Shown here: positions 1-13,000 of the stretch, piece after piece
How the letters are laid out: each line of letters starts with the position of its first letter
Position numbering within the stretch: position 1 is the first letter of the stretch
Source: Lingula anatina
Taxonomy: Eukaryota > Animalia > Brachiopoda
Assembly (NCBI GenBank): GCA_051362555.1
Contig: CM120640.1
Location: 14,136,001-14,200,000, forward strand
Direction: 5' to 3'
DNA: 64,000 nucleotides
Translations under genes and position numbers: made by a program
The notes under the pieces: generated by a model
Told to the model about the DNA's origin: nothing
Database searches by the model: none
The model's input: only the letters and a program-made list of their open reading frames with translations

Positions 1-301
1 TATCTGGTTATTGGTTTGTTGGCCATTAAATCATACAGTATTGTATCTGTAATTTTGAAACCAACTGTGTGGGTGATACATTTAGCAAGCTGCCAAATCA
101 TGAATTCAGAGTAAGTGTTGGATGTATTAAAGTATCGCTATTGTAGACCTGAATCTGACATTTGGACCTCCAAGTTGTTTTGCTAAACAACTCAAGGGGT
201 ATTAAAACAACATAGCTATTTATTTAAATTCTTGAAGTATGAGACAACTAAATCAACAGTGACAAAAAACATCTTAATGGATAGTCTTTTTACTTTTTCA
301 G

Positions 302-3300
302 TTGGGAAAAAGAGTAAGCCAGCTGTGTATTATATTTGACATGGAAGGTTTTGGAATGAAACATTTATGGAAGCCAGGTAAGCTTGTTAGTGAAAATAAA
401 CAGTCTCGTGAAATGTTGACAAGTCTTTGCTCACTTTTTTGTCTGTCTGACCTGCTGTTTGTATTACAATCACATTTTTTATTTTTCATTGAAAGAGAAA
501 AATACTATGTGTAGGGACCTACTTAATACTGCATATTGTTTTCCTACCTATAGTTATCAGAAGACATAGACTTGACACTGAATCTTTGACTTTATTTCAT
601 AAAGAGAAACAACTGAAATAAGTTACAAACAATTTTTCACAGAAGTCACTTTTTCTTTATTTTATAAGTACTTGTTCTGCAGATTATAATATTGGATATC
701 TCAGAGTACTAAACATATGATTTATAGAGATTTTTTGTTAAATGTTTTCATTAAGATATATTTCACTTGTTCTATGCTTTCATTTTGTGACCATCAGATA
801 GAAATGACCATCAGTCAAATCATTACAAAGTGTGTTATTCAGGGTTATTATTACAAACTGGATACAAATGTGACAGAACTTTCAAATGTATAATTTGTAT
901 GAACTGCAATCTGTACCAATGAGTAGTTCACAGGTTTATGAAATATGGAAATATAATCGATAAAATCTGCCTCTCTTGATTATATTATTATTATTATGCT
1001 ACAGACAGTGTATTGTACTTTTCAGGTGTAGACATATTTTGTGAAATTTTAGAGATGTTTGAGAGTAATTATCCAGAAACTCTAAAAAGATGTTATGTCA
1101 TAAATGGTAGGTAAAAACCAATATCATTATGGATTTATATATTTAGATGTTAGCAGGCTTATATTGAAGTTAACATTAAATTAATAAACTAGAAACACTT
1201 AATTGACTTGATGTTGATATATAGGGGCCATTCCCACAGATATTTGGATTGATTGATCTATCTCCCTGGGGAGTCTCACTAAATTGCTATTGACGTAACT
1301 GGCTTAAATGTCTTTCACACCTAGGAAAGCTGCTAGGGGGTAATTATCTTTACACCCTAGCTGATTTGGTAGGCGTGACAGACATGTAAACCTTTTGAGC
1401 TGATAGCAATTTAGCATGAACCCCCAGGGAGTTAGGTCGATCCAGATGGATCGATCTAAGTATGGGAACCCAGTCATACATACCTTTCTAACTAGCAGTA
1501 CTAGTTTGCTTGTATTTTAACCCCAGGCTTTGAAACATACTGGATGATTAAATGATGTGCTCCCTCTTTTTTTCCAGCTCCAAAAATATTCCCTTTAGCT
1601 TACCATATTGTGAAACCCATTCTCAGTGAAGACACCAAAAACAAGATCAAAGTACTCGGAAGTAAGCAAAGTTTTACCTTCATGTGGGATAATGACATAA
1701 TATAGATAATACGTCTTATATGTAGAATACCATACATTTTGACAAAGCATACAAAATTATTTGGGTATATTTGAATATGTTTGATATTTGGAAGGTTTCA
1801 AAGATAAGTGTAGATATGGAAAATATTTGTTGACAGATGTTGGTGTTGACAGATGGGCTGGGCCATAAGTCAGAAGTATTAAAACTTATTTAACTATTCT
1901 AAATGCCATACACAAAGTACATTTTTGGTAAGTTGGAGTTCTGACATATTTTTAGGCTTTGAATGTCATTACTAAATTTTTGCATCGATCATAAAATCAT
2001 TTTTCCATTGCAGGTAATTGGAAAGAAAGGGTACTTCGGGATATAGACCCAAAAGAAATACCATTATACTGGGGAGGAACACGCACAGATCCTGATGGAA
2101 ATCCATTTTGTAAATCCAAGGTAATGAAATGCTATAATGTAATGTGGTTGTTTCTGAGTTTTATGCCATTCAATTAGATTGAAATTTAATCATCCAAGCA
2201 TGATTCACTAACAGTTTATTTTTTTCAGGTTTGTATTGGAGGTGAAGTGCCAAAATCTTACTATCTCAGAGAGAAGGACCAGCTCTCCTCAGAATACCTT
2301 GTAAAGTCTGTTATAAAGAAAGGATCAATGCTCCCTGTAGAGCTGGAGGTCAATGAACCAGGGTGTGCAATAAGGTGATTGCAATTCATCAAAATCCCAT
2401 TCACTCTATGTGTGAATGTAATTGATTCTTATTTATCATTTATTAGATTACTGGTTATGGTATGTAGTGTATGACTAGTGCAACATTTTAATGGCCTTTT
2501 TGTGTGTTCTTTAGATTTATCAGCGCATTCTTAAAAATTTTAGTACATCCTCTATTCAGTAAGTGTTATGCAAGTACTTTGTAATAAGTAACTAAATTAA
2601 AATTGTAAATTTCTGATGCAAGATGTGTTACTTAATTGTCTTATGGTAAGCTAGCAAAACCAAAGTTGGCATATGTTGATCTATTTTCTTAAACCTGTGA
2701 ATCATGACAACATTGTTAGTTTTGCTTTGGTAAAGACATTTAACCTGCACTTCTGTATTGTTGTATTTCAGGTGGGAGTTTCACACAGAAAACCATGACA
2801 TAGGTTACGCCATCTACTACAAGACAAGCCCTGGGGAGCAGAATGTGTCGGACATGGAGGTTGTGGTTGGTAATAAGAGGGTCAACAGTCACTTAGTGCC
2901 CGAAGATGGAACTGTTTATTGCTCAAAGGCAGGAATATGTAAGTTGCTGTAAGGGCAATGATGAAGTATTCACAAGGCAAACTTGATAAGTTATATGAAA
3001 TAATTTTGGAATTGAATACGTGTAGCAGTTGCAAGTAAAATTCTGCACGGCAAATTTAAAGGGTCTTGGTATATTCCACATAAAAGCTAGTTGAATTATG
3101 CAATTTTTCTCGTTTCATTGTGACCAGCATTGATATTCCATTGGAATTTTACATCATTTTTGGAAAAGGTGTATAATCTTCTGGTGATAGTTTATGTCTG
3201 GCATATTATCTATTTTCTATGTTTCACATTTTTAAAAAAATTTAATAAACAATGTATTTCTGAAAGTTATAATACTATATATAATATATTTTTTTCAGAT

Positions 3301-3429
3301 GTGTTTTGCTTTGACAACAGTTATAGTTGGACCAGAAGTAAGACTGTTCTGTATGTGATAGAAGTGATACATCCGGAGACACCTAGTGCAATGTGTAATG
3401 GGTATACACAGGAGGATGGAAATGAATAA
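302..3429 (+). CDS. SEC14-like protein (CRAL-TRIO + GOLD), paralog A, 5'-partial (last 7 coding exons)
   Basis: GT-AG exons 302-377, 1026-1106, 1578-1661, 2014-2120, 2229-2374, 2772-2938 and 3299-3429 splice in frame. They give [102 protein letters not shown], the motifs of SEC14L2-type proteins. Confidence 0.95.
1224..1475. mobile_element. Palindromic MITE, family A (CCATTCCCA...TGGGAA ends), intronic
   Basis: Long imperfect inverted repeats (GATCTATCTCCCTGGGGAGTCTCACTAAATTGCTAT / ATAGCAATTTAGCATGAACCCCCAGGGAGTTAGGTC). Related copies lie at 35957, 39133 and 43619. Confidence 0.7.
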
Positions 3430-4868
3430 AAAATTCTGCTTAGATACATTAAGATATATTTCAGTACTCTCTGATCATAGGAGTTGCTTTTGTTTTATCA
3501 GTTTCAAAATTGTAGAAAAGGCTCCTGTGAGGTTTGAGATGATCAATCTGTCTACTTTTATGTACCAGTAACTACCCCTTCCCTACCACCTATAAAAACG
3601 CAAAGTAGTAAAGGAGATAATTGTGTAATCACACAGCTGTACATTTGGAATATGTCTGACTCCTTGCTTGACCTTATCTATACAGCTATTAATATATTGC
3701 CTCAACACCTAGGTGTGAAATCTTCCTCTCAGAGAAATACAGAGGGTATATCTGGTGAGGAACATGTTTCACCTGACCATCTCAAATCTCACAGAGGTCT
3801 TCTCTTCAATTTTGTAACCAACTAGGTTACAGCAGCCCATGTGGTCAGGGCCAGCAATTTGTAGACAATCATATTAGTAAGAAATGCTGGCATCAGTAAA
3901 ATAGCCCATTATCTACAGCATAATATCAAATAGATCTGTTGTGTTACAATATATGAATGATCAAGAAAATCCATTTTGTTATTTTGAATTATGCCTCTCA
4001 AACTTCATAACTATTGTGTTTGAGTGGGAAAATGTTTCTTTGAGAGCACATGTATTAACTGTGGGGAGCCATATGAAATACCTCTAGATGAAGTCACAAA
4101 TGGTGTCACAAAACAACCAATCAGCAGTGACTATATCCTTTTCAACATTGACCATACATCTGAAATCCATGTCATCCCATTCATGTGGGCATCTGTAGAA
4201 TCAAGAAAACACTATAGGCACTTGGTTTGATCATTGTATTAATAAATGTTCCATCACTTAGAAGAGCCCATACTTATCTTACCGTGTGTCTCACTATAGT
4301 GTGAGTACACTTATCAGTAAGAAACCTTTTGTTGGGTGTGAACCATGATATACATGTATAAGATTTATTTTATGCATTTTGACGTATTAAAAATGATGCA
4401 TACTTGAGCACATTTGAAGGTAACACGTCTTTACCCCTGCATATTACTAGGTAGTCAGGCTTCGTATATTTAAGATACATATAAAGCATTGGGTTGCATT
4501 TTCCATTTTAACATTTTAATGTGAAATAATTGTGGTATTAGTCTTTTTTTTCTTTCTTTTATCATATTGAAGATCTTTTGCAAATTGCAACTGAAATAGA
4601 TGTACCAATAGCAGTATTACTGCCAAGAGAACACAATAACATGAATGATGATAATTGATTTTTTTTGCTCTTTGTGACATTTAGTGGAAGTATAACAATT
4701 GATTTTTGCTTGTCTCTATATTCAAATGTTGTCAGTAGAACTATGACTGATTGGTTACAGGTAGAACATCTGCTTTATGACTCAAAATGTTTATTTGCAA
4801 TGAGGTGCAACTTCACATATTGGTTTTGTCTTACAACGACAGGATTACTACAATCCCCATTGTTTGAG

Positions 4869-5038
4869 TAATACTCCTGTTGCCAATACTTTGAAATGGT
4901 CACCTGATATTTTAAGACATTTTTGTTGCTATGGTAAGCTACACCTGGCCAGTATTTTTCTGGTTGTGGTGAAATGCAATCAGCAGTGCTGATGCTATTT
5001 TTGTTGTTGTTGTTGTTACATATACTATGGTTACAAAA
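4869..5038 (+). repeat. ~165 bp segment, copy 1 of a near-identical direct duplication
   Basis: TAATACTCCTGTTGCC...CTATGGTTACAAAA recurs at 6711-6874, differing only in the (GTT)n length and about one substitution. Confidence 0.95.
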
Positions 5039-5686
5039 TCTGTATAAGAACTGATAAGCAATATTTTACACAGATAGAACTGTTGTGTTTCCTGCTTCTG
5101 GTAGGTGGTCGTTATGTAAACATTCACTTGAGCCAGCATGAACTGGTCTTGAAACAGTCAAACCCTTATACACATATTTGTTGCAAAATTGATATAGTAA
5201 TTAGACTACAATTTGTTGCAGTCTGCTTAATGTCATGTCATTTACAGCCAATATACATCCAAACTCACTCTAGACATTTTCTGAAATGTAGTTATCAGCT
5301 GCCAAAAATGTTTGGTCTCATGATTAAGTTTTAACCCTATGTTTTGTCTGAATGCAATAGCTAATTGAGCAATCAAACCCTTCAATTCATTTTCAGTGAT
5401 TCCCATACCAGCAATGGTACAAAAATAGTCTTCATTGAAAGAGCTACCTGATACATCTGTGATAATAAAAGCAATGAGAATTGGAAATGTGAGCGTGCAT
5501 GTGTGAATGAGTCTTTATGAGTACATATGTATATGCATGTTTTTAAATGAAAGCTAAAGAATTGCATTTGCCAAAGAAGTACTCTTTTAGCTTTCGATGT
5601 CCCCATGTGTTAAATCTAGTTGTTTTTTTTTTTTGTTTTTTGTTTTTTGTTTTTTTTTTGTACAGTGAATTTTGAAATAATATTAA

Positions 5687-5998
5687 AGGGATAACAACCC
5701 TTCATATGAGCTTGATATTTCACAATAAATATGCTGTGAACAACTCAGAAATATAATGAATTCTATTTTACCACCAAAACCATGGTTATCGCAATTATTC
5801 TAGAATGTGTGATTTCCATCAGGCCATATGACCTCCATAGATGACTTCCCTCTGTAATAATCTCTTAAGAGATTACTACTTGTACAAAAAAGTAAACTTA
5901 AAAAAAAACTAGTGACTATCTTTTGGATGTTACAAGGTATATCTTCCATTTTTCCCAGGAAAATCCATTTTTGGCCAAAAGGAACAGTTGTTATCCCT
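5687..5998. mobile_element. Non-autonomous DNA transposon with TTAA target duplication (Kolobok-like)
   Basis: TTAA|AGGGATAACAAC ... GTTGTTATCCCT|TTAA: 12-bp perfect TIR starting with purines. One end recurs inverted at about 44362-44411. Confidence 0.75.
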
Positions 5999-6196
5999 TT
6001 AACTACAATATCATTAACCGACATCAAATTTGATGTTGATGTAAGTTTTAGTCAGATTTGATTTTGCTATTGTAATAAGAACATGCCAGTAATTCATTGC
6101 CAATTGTGGCAGTTAAATAAACTATAGATTCTCACTTTTTGTGTTCATGTCATGTTTGTAACAGGGGATACCTTGGTTTTAGCTTTGAATCACTTA

Positions 6197-6376
6197 GGCC
6201 GCATTCACAAAAGTGGACTCGCAAGTCCGCAAATCAGAAATGGCTACCCACATAAAAGCTTGCCGCTTTATCCCCTAACAGACACTGAATAGATTCCCTG
6301 GGGGGATTACACAAGCATTCAAGTGGGTCAGCCATATTTGATCTGCGGACTAGTTAGTCTAGTTGTGAATGCAGCC
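6197..6376. mobile_element. PIF/Harbinger (Tourist)-like MITE
   Basis: TTA|GGCCGCATTCACAA ... TTGTGAATGCAGCC|TTA, with internal complementarity and a 3-bp TTA duplication. Confidence 0.8.
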
Positions 6377-6710
6377 TTATGGAATGAGAATTGAAGCAAT
6401 GTTACAGTTACACCTCTACATTGACAACATAGGCATTATGCTCCAGTCTTATGGCATAGATCACATCTCGACTTGAATATATTTCTGTGGAAGGTCAAAT
6501 TCATATTTACATTTCGTTTCATTTTTTTTTTTTTTTTTTTTTTTTTTTGGGGGGGGGGGAGGTTAATAGATTTCGTGTATCTATATGTTGCCTGAGTTAG
6601 TGATCAAAAACATTTTACTACATACAGTTATAATAGCTGAAAACGTGAGATATCCAACACCTGTAGTAAGTGCCAGAGGATGACATTGGAAGTGATACGC
6701 TGAGTAGTTA

Positions 6711-6874
6711 TAATACTCCTGTTGCCAATACTTTGAAATGGTCACCTGATATTTTAAGACATTTTTGTTGCTATGGTAAGCTACACCTGGCCAGTAGTTT
6801 TCTGGTTGTGGTGAAATGCAATCAGCAGTGCTGATGCTATTTTTGTTGTTGTTACATATACTATGGTTACAAAA
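6711..6874 (+). repeat. Copy 2 of the ~165 bp duplication
   Basis: Near-identical to 4869-5038. Confidence 0.95.
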
Positions 6875-6884
6875 ATATGTATCT

Positions 6885-6941
6885 ATCTAGAAAAACAAGA
6901 TAGAAGATAGTAGTTGCATCTTCTATCTTGTTTTTCTAGAT
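6885..6941. repeat. Perfect 24-bp inverted repeat with 9-nt loop
   Basis: ATCTAGAAAAACAAGATAGAAGAT-agtagttgc-ATCTTCTATCTTGTTTTTCTAGAT. Confidence 0.95.
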
Positions 6942-9900
6942 GTTACTCTAAGGTTGACGCAGAGAATGATTTTTACCCATTTGCTGACACGTGCATGTTT
7001 TGTGTGTCCAGTATTTATTTGTTATTTGCATTTGCCTTGACACATAAAACATATATCGAAATAACAAGTTCAGATTTAAATAAAAAATCAGTTTTAATTC
7101 ATTATCCGGATTACCTAGAGTAAGTGCACATGAAAGGTGTGTAGAGATTTGGGTTAGGGTATATATCTTGTATATCTTATTTGATTTTAAATTATGCTTA
7201 GTTTTGTCTTTAAGTAGGTGTAGCCTTCTATCACAGGCAAACCACAGCTTTGAGCCTTTATCCCTGATGTTATATATTGATTGATTGTATGGATACTCGC
7301 TGTCGTCTTAATCTTCACTTACAGTAAAGGGTAAGTTACAGAACCATTTTCACTGAACTATATGTGTGCTGTTTGAAGTAAGTGATGTTTAACAGGTCCA
7401 AATCATCTGTTTAGTAATGTAAACAAACTAGGATGTTTTTTTATTCAGTAACATTATTGTGTGACTGTAGGTTTATACGGTAGCTTGTGTTGTGTTTGAA
7501 AGAAATGATCCATATGTTGACTTGCCTGTTATGTAAAATGTTTCATAGAAATCTGAGTTATTGCTGTGACCAGGTATATTTTGTTTTTCTTGTATGATTT
7601 TTTGCTTTTTATCAATTATCTACACAGTTCTTTTAAGAAAAAAAAACTTAAAGTAATTTTAATCAGCTTTATGACAAGTGGACAACACATAAATGAATTA
7701 TTCATTACAAGCCATCATTATGTATACAGTGTAGATTATGGGAGGAATGCATGACATGTGCCCACATAGAGTTGATGTAAGATATTACACTTCTGTGATT
7801 AACGGCAGGTAAGAAAATTCATCTAATGATAGACCAGCCTGCCACCCACCTGTATTATCATTATATAACCTGTCTGGGGTAGTTATACACAGGGTTGACA
7901 TATGACTTGTAATATTTCAATTTTCATCTATTTTGGTGTGCATATGTTAGTACATTAAATAATTGTATTTCAGTATAATATATAATTATGATTAATACAG
8001 TTGTTCAAAAGATGGACATACATTTTATTTTTTTGAGAAGGCTAGTTCTTTTTTGAGTATATGTGTTTCTGTTTTTACAAGAAATCTTAGTAACCCTTCC
8101 CTTAAAAAATTGTCACTTTGTTTGCTTAAAATGACATAAACCAAAGGCATATACAATAGGGCCATCTGTAGGTTGGTTGCTAGAGCAAACTGTATTTGTA
8201 GTATGTCACCATTATTTTGCAAACACAGGAGTGTAGAAGCTAGCCTGCCTAGGAGCATTTACAGCCATTCTGAATAGACTTTTGTGCTATAGTTATAAAC
8301 ACCATCAAACTTAAGGAACGAAAAAGACTCGGGCAGCAAAGGACAAAAATTATTTCAGTAAGTGTGGTTTGATGTTTTCAAGGTTTTATCACTATTTGTA
8401 AAGATTTGGGTAGTTCAAATATTGGATATCTATTTTTTTTTTTTTTTTTATTTATTTATTTATTATTTTTTTTTTTTTGAGAGGCCAAGGCAGGCATATT
8501 TTAGACAAAAGCACAATTGATTGCAACATTATTTTGATTGCAACATCCCCCAAATTATTTTTTAAAAATTTGATATGAGTAGCAGCACAAGTGAAATTGT
8601 TTTGTTCCACAATTGCAAGTACCATTACAAAATTGCCTGTTAGAAGGATATTGTGAATGAAATGGTAAATTAGCTACTGTTAAGTTGTTCAAATGATTTT
8701 AATAATTAAACATAAATTTTAGTGCATTTCTTCATTATAGACAGCAGGTGCACATGTACAAATGTACACTGTACTAGTAGATCAGTTTTCCTGAATTTTT
8801 TTAAATTTCTAATTTTTTAAATAAAATATTGAGCTAAGTGAAGCATAAAAACAACTCATTTTTTAAAAACTCTAACCAAATTGTCATGCATATGTGATTT
8901 TTATTTTTTATTTACATGTAACTCCATCGTTCATAATTCTGAGAATATCAACAAGTACAAAAGTAATAAAATAGCAACTATGGTATTTGTGTTTCTTTTT
9001 TATTTTTCAGACTTATTTAAGTGCTAATACATTCAATTACAAACAGCTATACAACATCCTGAGATTTATAATATAGCTTTAATTCACACTTCATTATATA
9101 TTAAGAAATATTATTGTTTTGGGAAAAGACACTAGCTGCAAGGGACTAATACCATCCTATATGATTAATGTTGATGGGTAACCAGTAGCAGAATCATAAA
9201 TACATTATATACATGCATGGTAATGACACCATCTTTTCATTGGGAGGGGGGGGATTATTAACGATCTTTGAGATACATAATTTTAGAATCATTAAAAGTA
9301 TATTACTATATAGCATTTGTGGTGATTTTACTGCATATAATATGAACTGAAGGGTAGTTTTGTGTGACTTAATCTTTGTAATAACTGCATTAAGGAATTT
9401 TTGTATGAAGGATAATGAATATAATATCAGATGGTGCTGAGTTATTACTTTGCATGGCTGAGGATTAGTTTTCCAATGCAGGTTCCTATGGCTCCTCTAT
9501 TTTGAACTCTTCGGATTTACTTAAACAGACAATATGTTAAACAATTTTCCTTTTGACCAACTTAACAGTAAGTCTCATTTTCAAATGTGTGACTGTCAAA
9601 AACAGGGTACCCAATATACTGATATTTAGAAAAAAAATCCTCTACATGGATTTAGCGTGTAATTTCATTTTATCACACATGATTATCACATTACATATTT
9701 CATGATCTACTTCCTAATACATCTGTGAGGTTTATAAAGTGGTCTAGTGTATATACTTTTGTTTTTACTTCACATTTGTACCAAAATTGAGCTGAACTGA
9801 CCATTGTTTATTCTTGTTTACCTTTGCAAGTGGTTGAATATTGTGAACTTTTCTTGTCCCTATTAAAGAGGTATCAATAAAAGACTAATAGGTCAGCAAT

Positions 9901-10029
9901 GCCCATACCTAGAGACTTGTATAGAAAACGTCCACTTAAATACAATGAGGTTGCAATGCTCTGCATTTTTCAGATAGATTTGTACTGTTTTCAGCTTCAC
10001 TGGTGCGTTAAGAGGTGAAAAGTTCACCG

Positions 10030-10037
10030 TGACGTCA
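10030..10037. promoter_or_regulatory. Full CRE (TGACGTCA) just upstream of the inferred first coding exon of SEC14-like paralog B
   Basis: Exact palindromic CREB/ATF consensus starting 40 nt before ATG 10070. Function is inferred from position only. Confidence 0.4.
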
Positions 10038-10069
10038 AGTTCAGAGGTGTCAGCCAGGATCCTTGGGAT

Positions 10070-13000
10070 ATGTGGTTATTTGGGCGCAGTACAAAGAAGA
10101 AGTCACAGACTAAGAAGATGCCCAAGAAGGTAACTGAAAAATATTCCATATTTGTGTGTATATTTAATCTGTTAAGTTCTTTTTATGCTCAAAGTTATCT
10201 TTAGGGCAATTGTTTAACATTTGAAAATTCATTTTCTTTTTTGTGATGATTGAAAAATAGTATTTTTTAAATATATTTAATATAATTTAATCAACTTGGT
10301 TCCTTTGACATTTTATAAATTTTTTTCTACTCGTCTCATAGTAAGCATGCATTTGCTCATGCACAGTCAAAACTTTTACAATATTTCTGATACAACTACA
10401 TTGGCAAAGAATTACATCATACAGTCTAGACTGGCAGTTCTATGTAGGTGAAAGGGGAGGGGCCGGGAACATACCTGGCGCACATGTACCTACATGCAGC
10501 TATACATATACCTGTGTAGTATATGTATCAAATTTTGTACAAACTGTTTTACCTAATTGTGGGAAAAAAATTAGTTGTCAAATAAATGGTTTTTGCGCAA
10601 CACATTCAGCTTGCAGGCAGTGTAATGCAAATGTAAGATTAACAATGCAAGGGTCAGTGTCTCTACAGGTGACCACATTCCATAATTGGCAGGTGTCACA
10701 GAGTAGGATATAATAACAGAGCTGGTTTTATAACTTTTTATCAAATGTCCATATCAATATGGAATGTTGATACCAATAAGATACTTGAAAGTAAGTGCAT
10801 ATGCTATTATGAGATTATGGTTGTATAAGCATTTTGTTTGTTTTGCAAAGTGATATTGGATAGTTGAATGAGAACTTTAAAGTAGACAAAAATATTTTAA
10901 TTGCACTATTTTTATAAGCATTATGCACTGCAGCATAAGAATTCCAGTTGGTTATTTAGTTTATAGTTTGATGGGAAAGAGGTAACCATGAAAAAAAAAA
11001 TACAAATATTATGCAAATACCTACTACACACACCCTAATAATATAAGCTATTACATATACACCTATATGTTCAGTGACAGCTACTGGGAGAGAGGGAGGG
11101 AGGGATGATTGAGTTAAGTGGCCTATTATTCATTGTTTTGCACAATATTGTGTCCACAAAGGTTTTCCGAATTACTATATTTTGCTTCCTGTCCCCATAA
11201 ATGTTCAAGATCACCATCATCAAGGGCAATTGTAAAGAGCCATTTTCTCAAAATCTTGGCTCTTAGTGGACATGTTGAGTAAATGGCTTTAAGTCCTTTA
11301 CCAGCTCATATAACCATTTCTCCATGAGTGACACATGGGAAATATGAGTTATAGTTACCTAGTGTGGACATGTCCACAAAGCCACAATAGTGCTCTTTTT
11401 GTTACAAATACAGGTTTTACCTGCTTTAACCCTAGATCATGTTTTCATTATGGCCATTTTTGCTCAGTTATGGAATGCAGCCTCACCTGCAAATGACCCT
11501 AGATAGTAAGTATGGTTTTGTCAGACAGGCTATTTTTATTCATTGAACTATATGATATAGATTGTCCAATGGCTCATTCCTATTAAAAAAAAAAAAACAA
11601 GAAAAGTTTAATTCTGTATTTAAATACAGCATATTACAGCCACAATCTCTTACTTGTCATTCTAATTTGCATTAAACACATAATTAGATATAAGACTTTA
11701 AATTATTATTATTATGATTATGTGTCTTGCATTTCTTTTTTTTTTTTTTTTTTTTTTTTGTTTCTATTGATAGAGCTGTTGCCAGGGATACTTAGTGATT
11801 CATCAATGTTTTGTTATTCCCCTCCAACAACAGTAGTATATAACTTATGGGATGAAATATCACGTCCCTGGTAGTGTAAATAGATTTAATACAGTACTAG
11901 TAATAGGCGTTTATAAACCCCATAAAACCCAACATGCAGTGGCAGGTACACCCCTTTTCCTTACTCATAGACCAGGGGAGCAAACAAAGTCTTTAGTAAA
12001 GTGCTGCAAAATGACTGTGAGATTGCACCATAATTTCTAAACATTTCTTCCAAGAGAACAAAAAGCAGTCATGACATGTTTGTTAATGTTTGATGCAGGA
12101 GAATGGGTCCTGGTGTCTATAAAAGGCAATTTGAACTGCATTTGAATGTGTATGGCATGACATAATGTACCTGACATAATGCGTAATGGCTGGTGTCATT
12201 ACATTGCACTGTACCTGTCAGGAATAAGTAAGTGTGTAGGTTGGCTGCAGTACACCTCTCATCACTGTTTGTACCATAACAAAGCTAAGATTAAGAAATA
12301 ATCACATATAGTGAATGGTGAGTGTAAATCTTTTGGATTTGTCCAGTGGCCAAAAAAACATTTATTACTCTAATTCATTGCAATCCCACGGATTTTATTT
12401 TGATCAAGTCATTTGATTATATATGCAATAATCAACAACATGTCATATTTATTGATAAGTCAAAAGGTCTAAATCCATCTAATAGCCCTTCTTTAGAACA
12501 TCCTGAATGTTTTAAAAATTACCATCTGCCTTCATTCAGTGTTGATACCAGGCACACCACAACATATATCTTATCTCATTCCAGAACATTTAGAGAAGAA
12601 AAATTTGCATGTCTTTACAGTATATAAGGGGGTTGTAAAGAAATTCTTGTGCAAATTTATCACTGTTTCCTGAATTTTTTCATAAGGATAAGCTAAAAAT
12701 TAGATTATGGTTGAGCTTGATACATTTATTTGATTTTTTTTAGCTCTTCATTAGCAGATATATAAAGATTTTAAAACAATTTCATGAAAAGAAGCTTGGG
12801 TGTCATTCTGGGATACTGTCTGTATTCATCTCTTATATCATGTCATGTTATGACAGTTATGTCATGTCGAGTTGTGTCGTGTCATGTCATGTTATGCTAT
12901 GCTATGCTATGCTATGCTATGTTATGCTATGTTATGTTATGCTATGTTATGCTATGCTATGTTATGTTATGTTATGTTATGTTATGTTATGTTATGTTAA

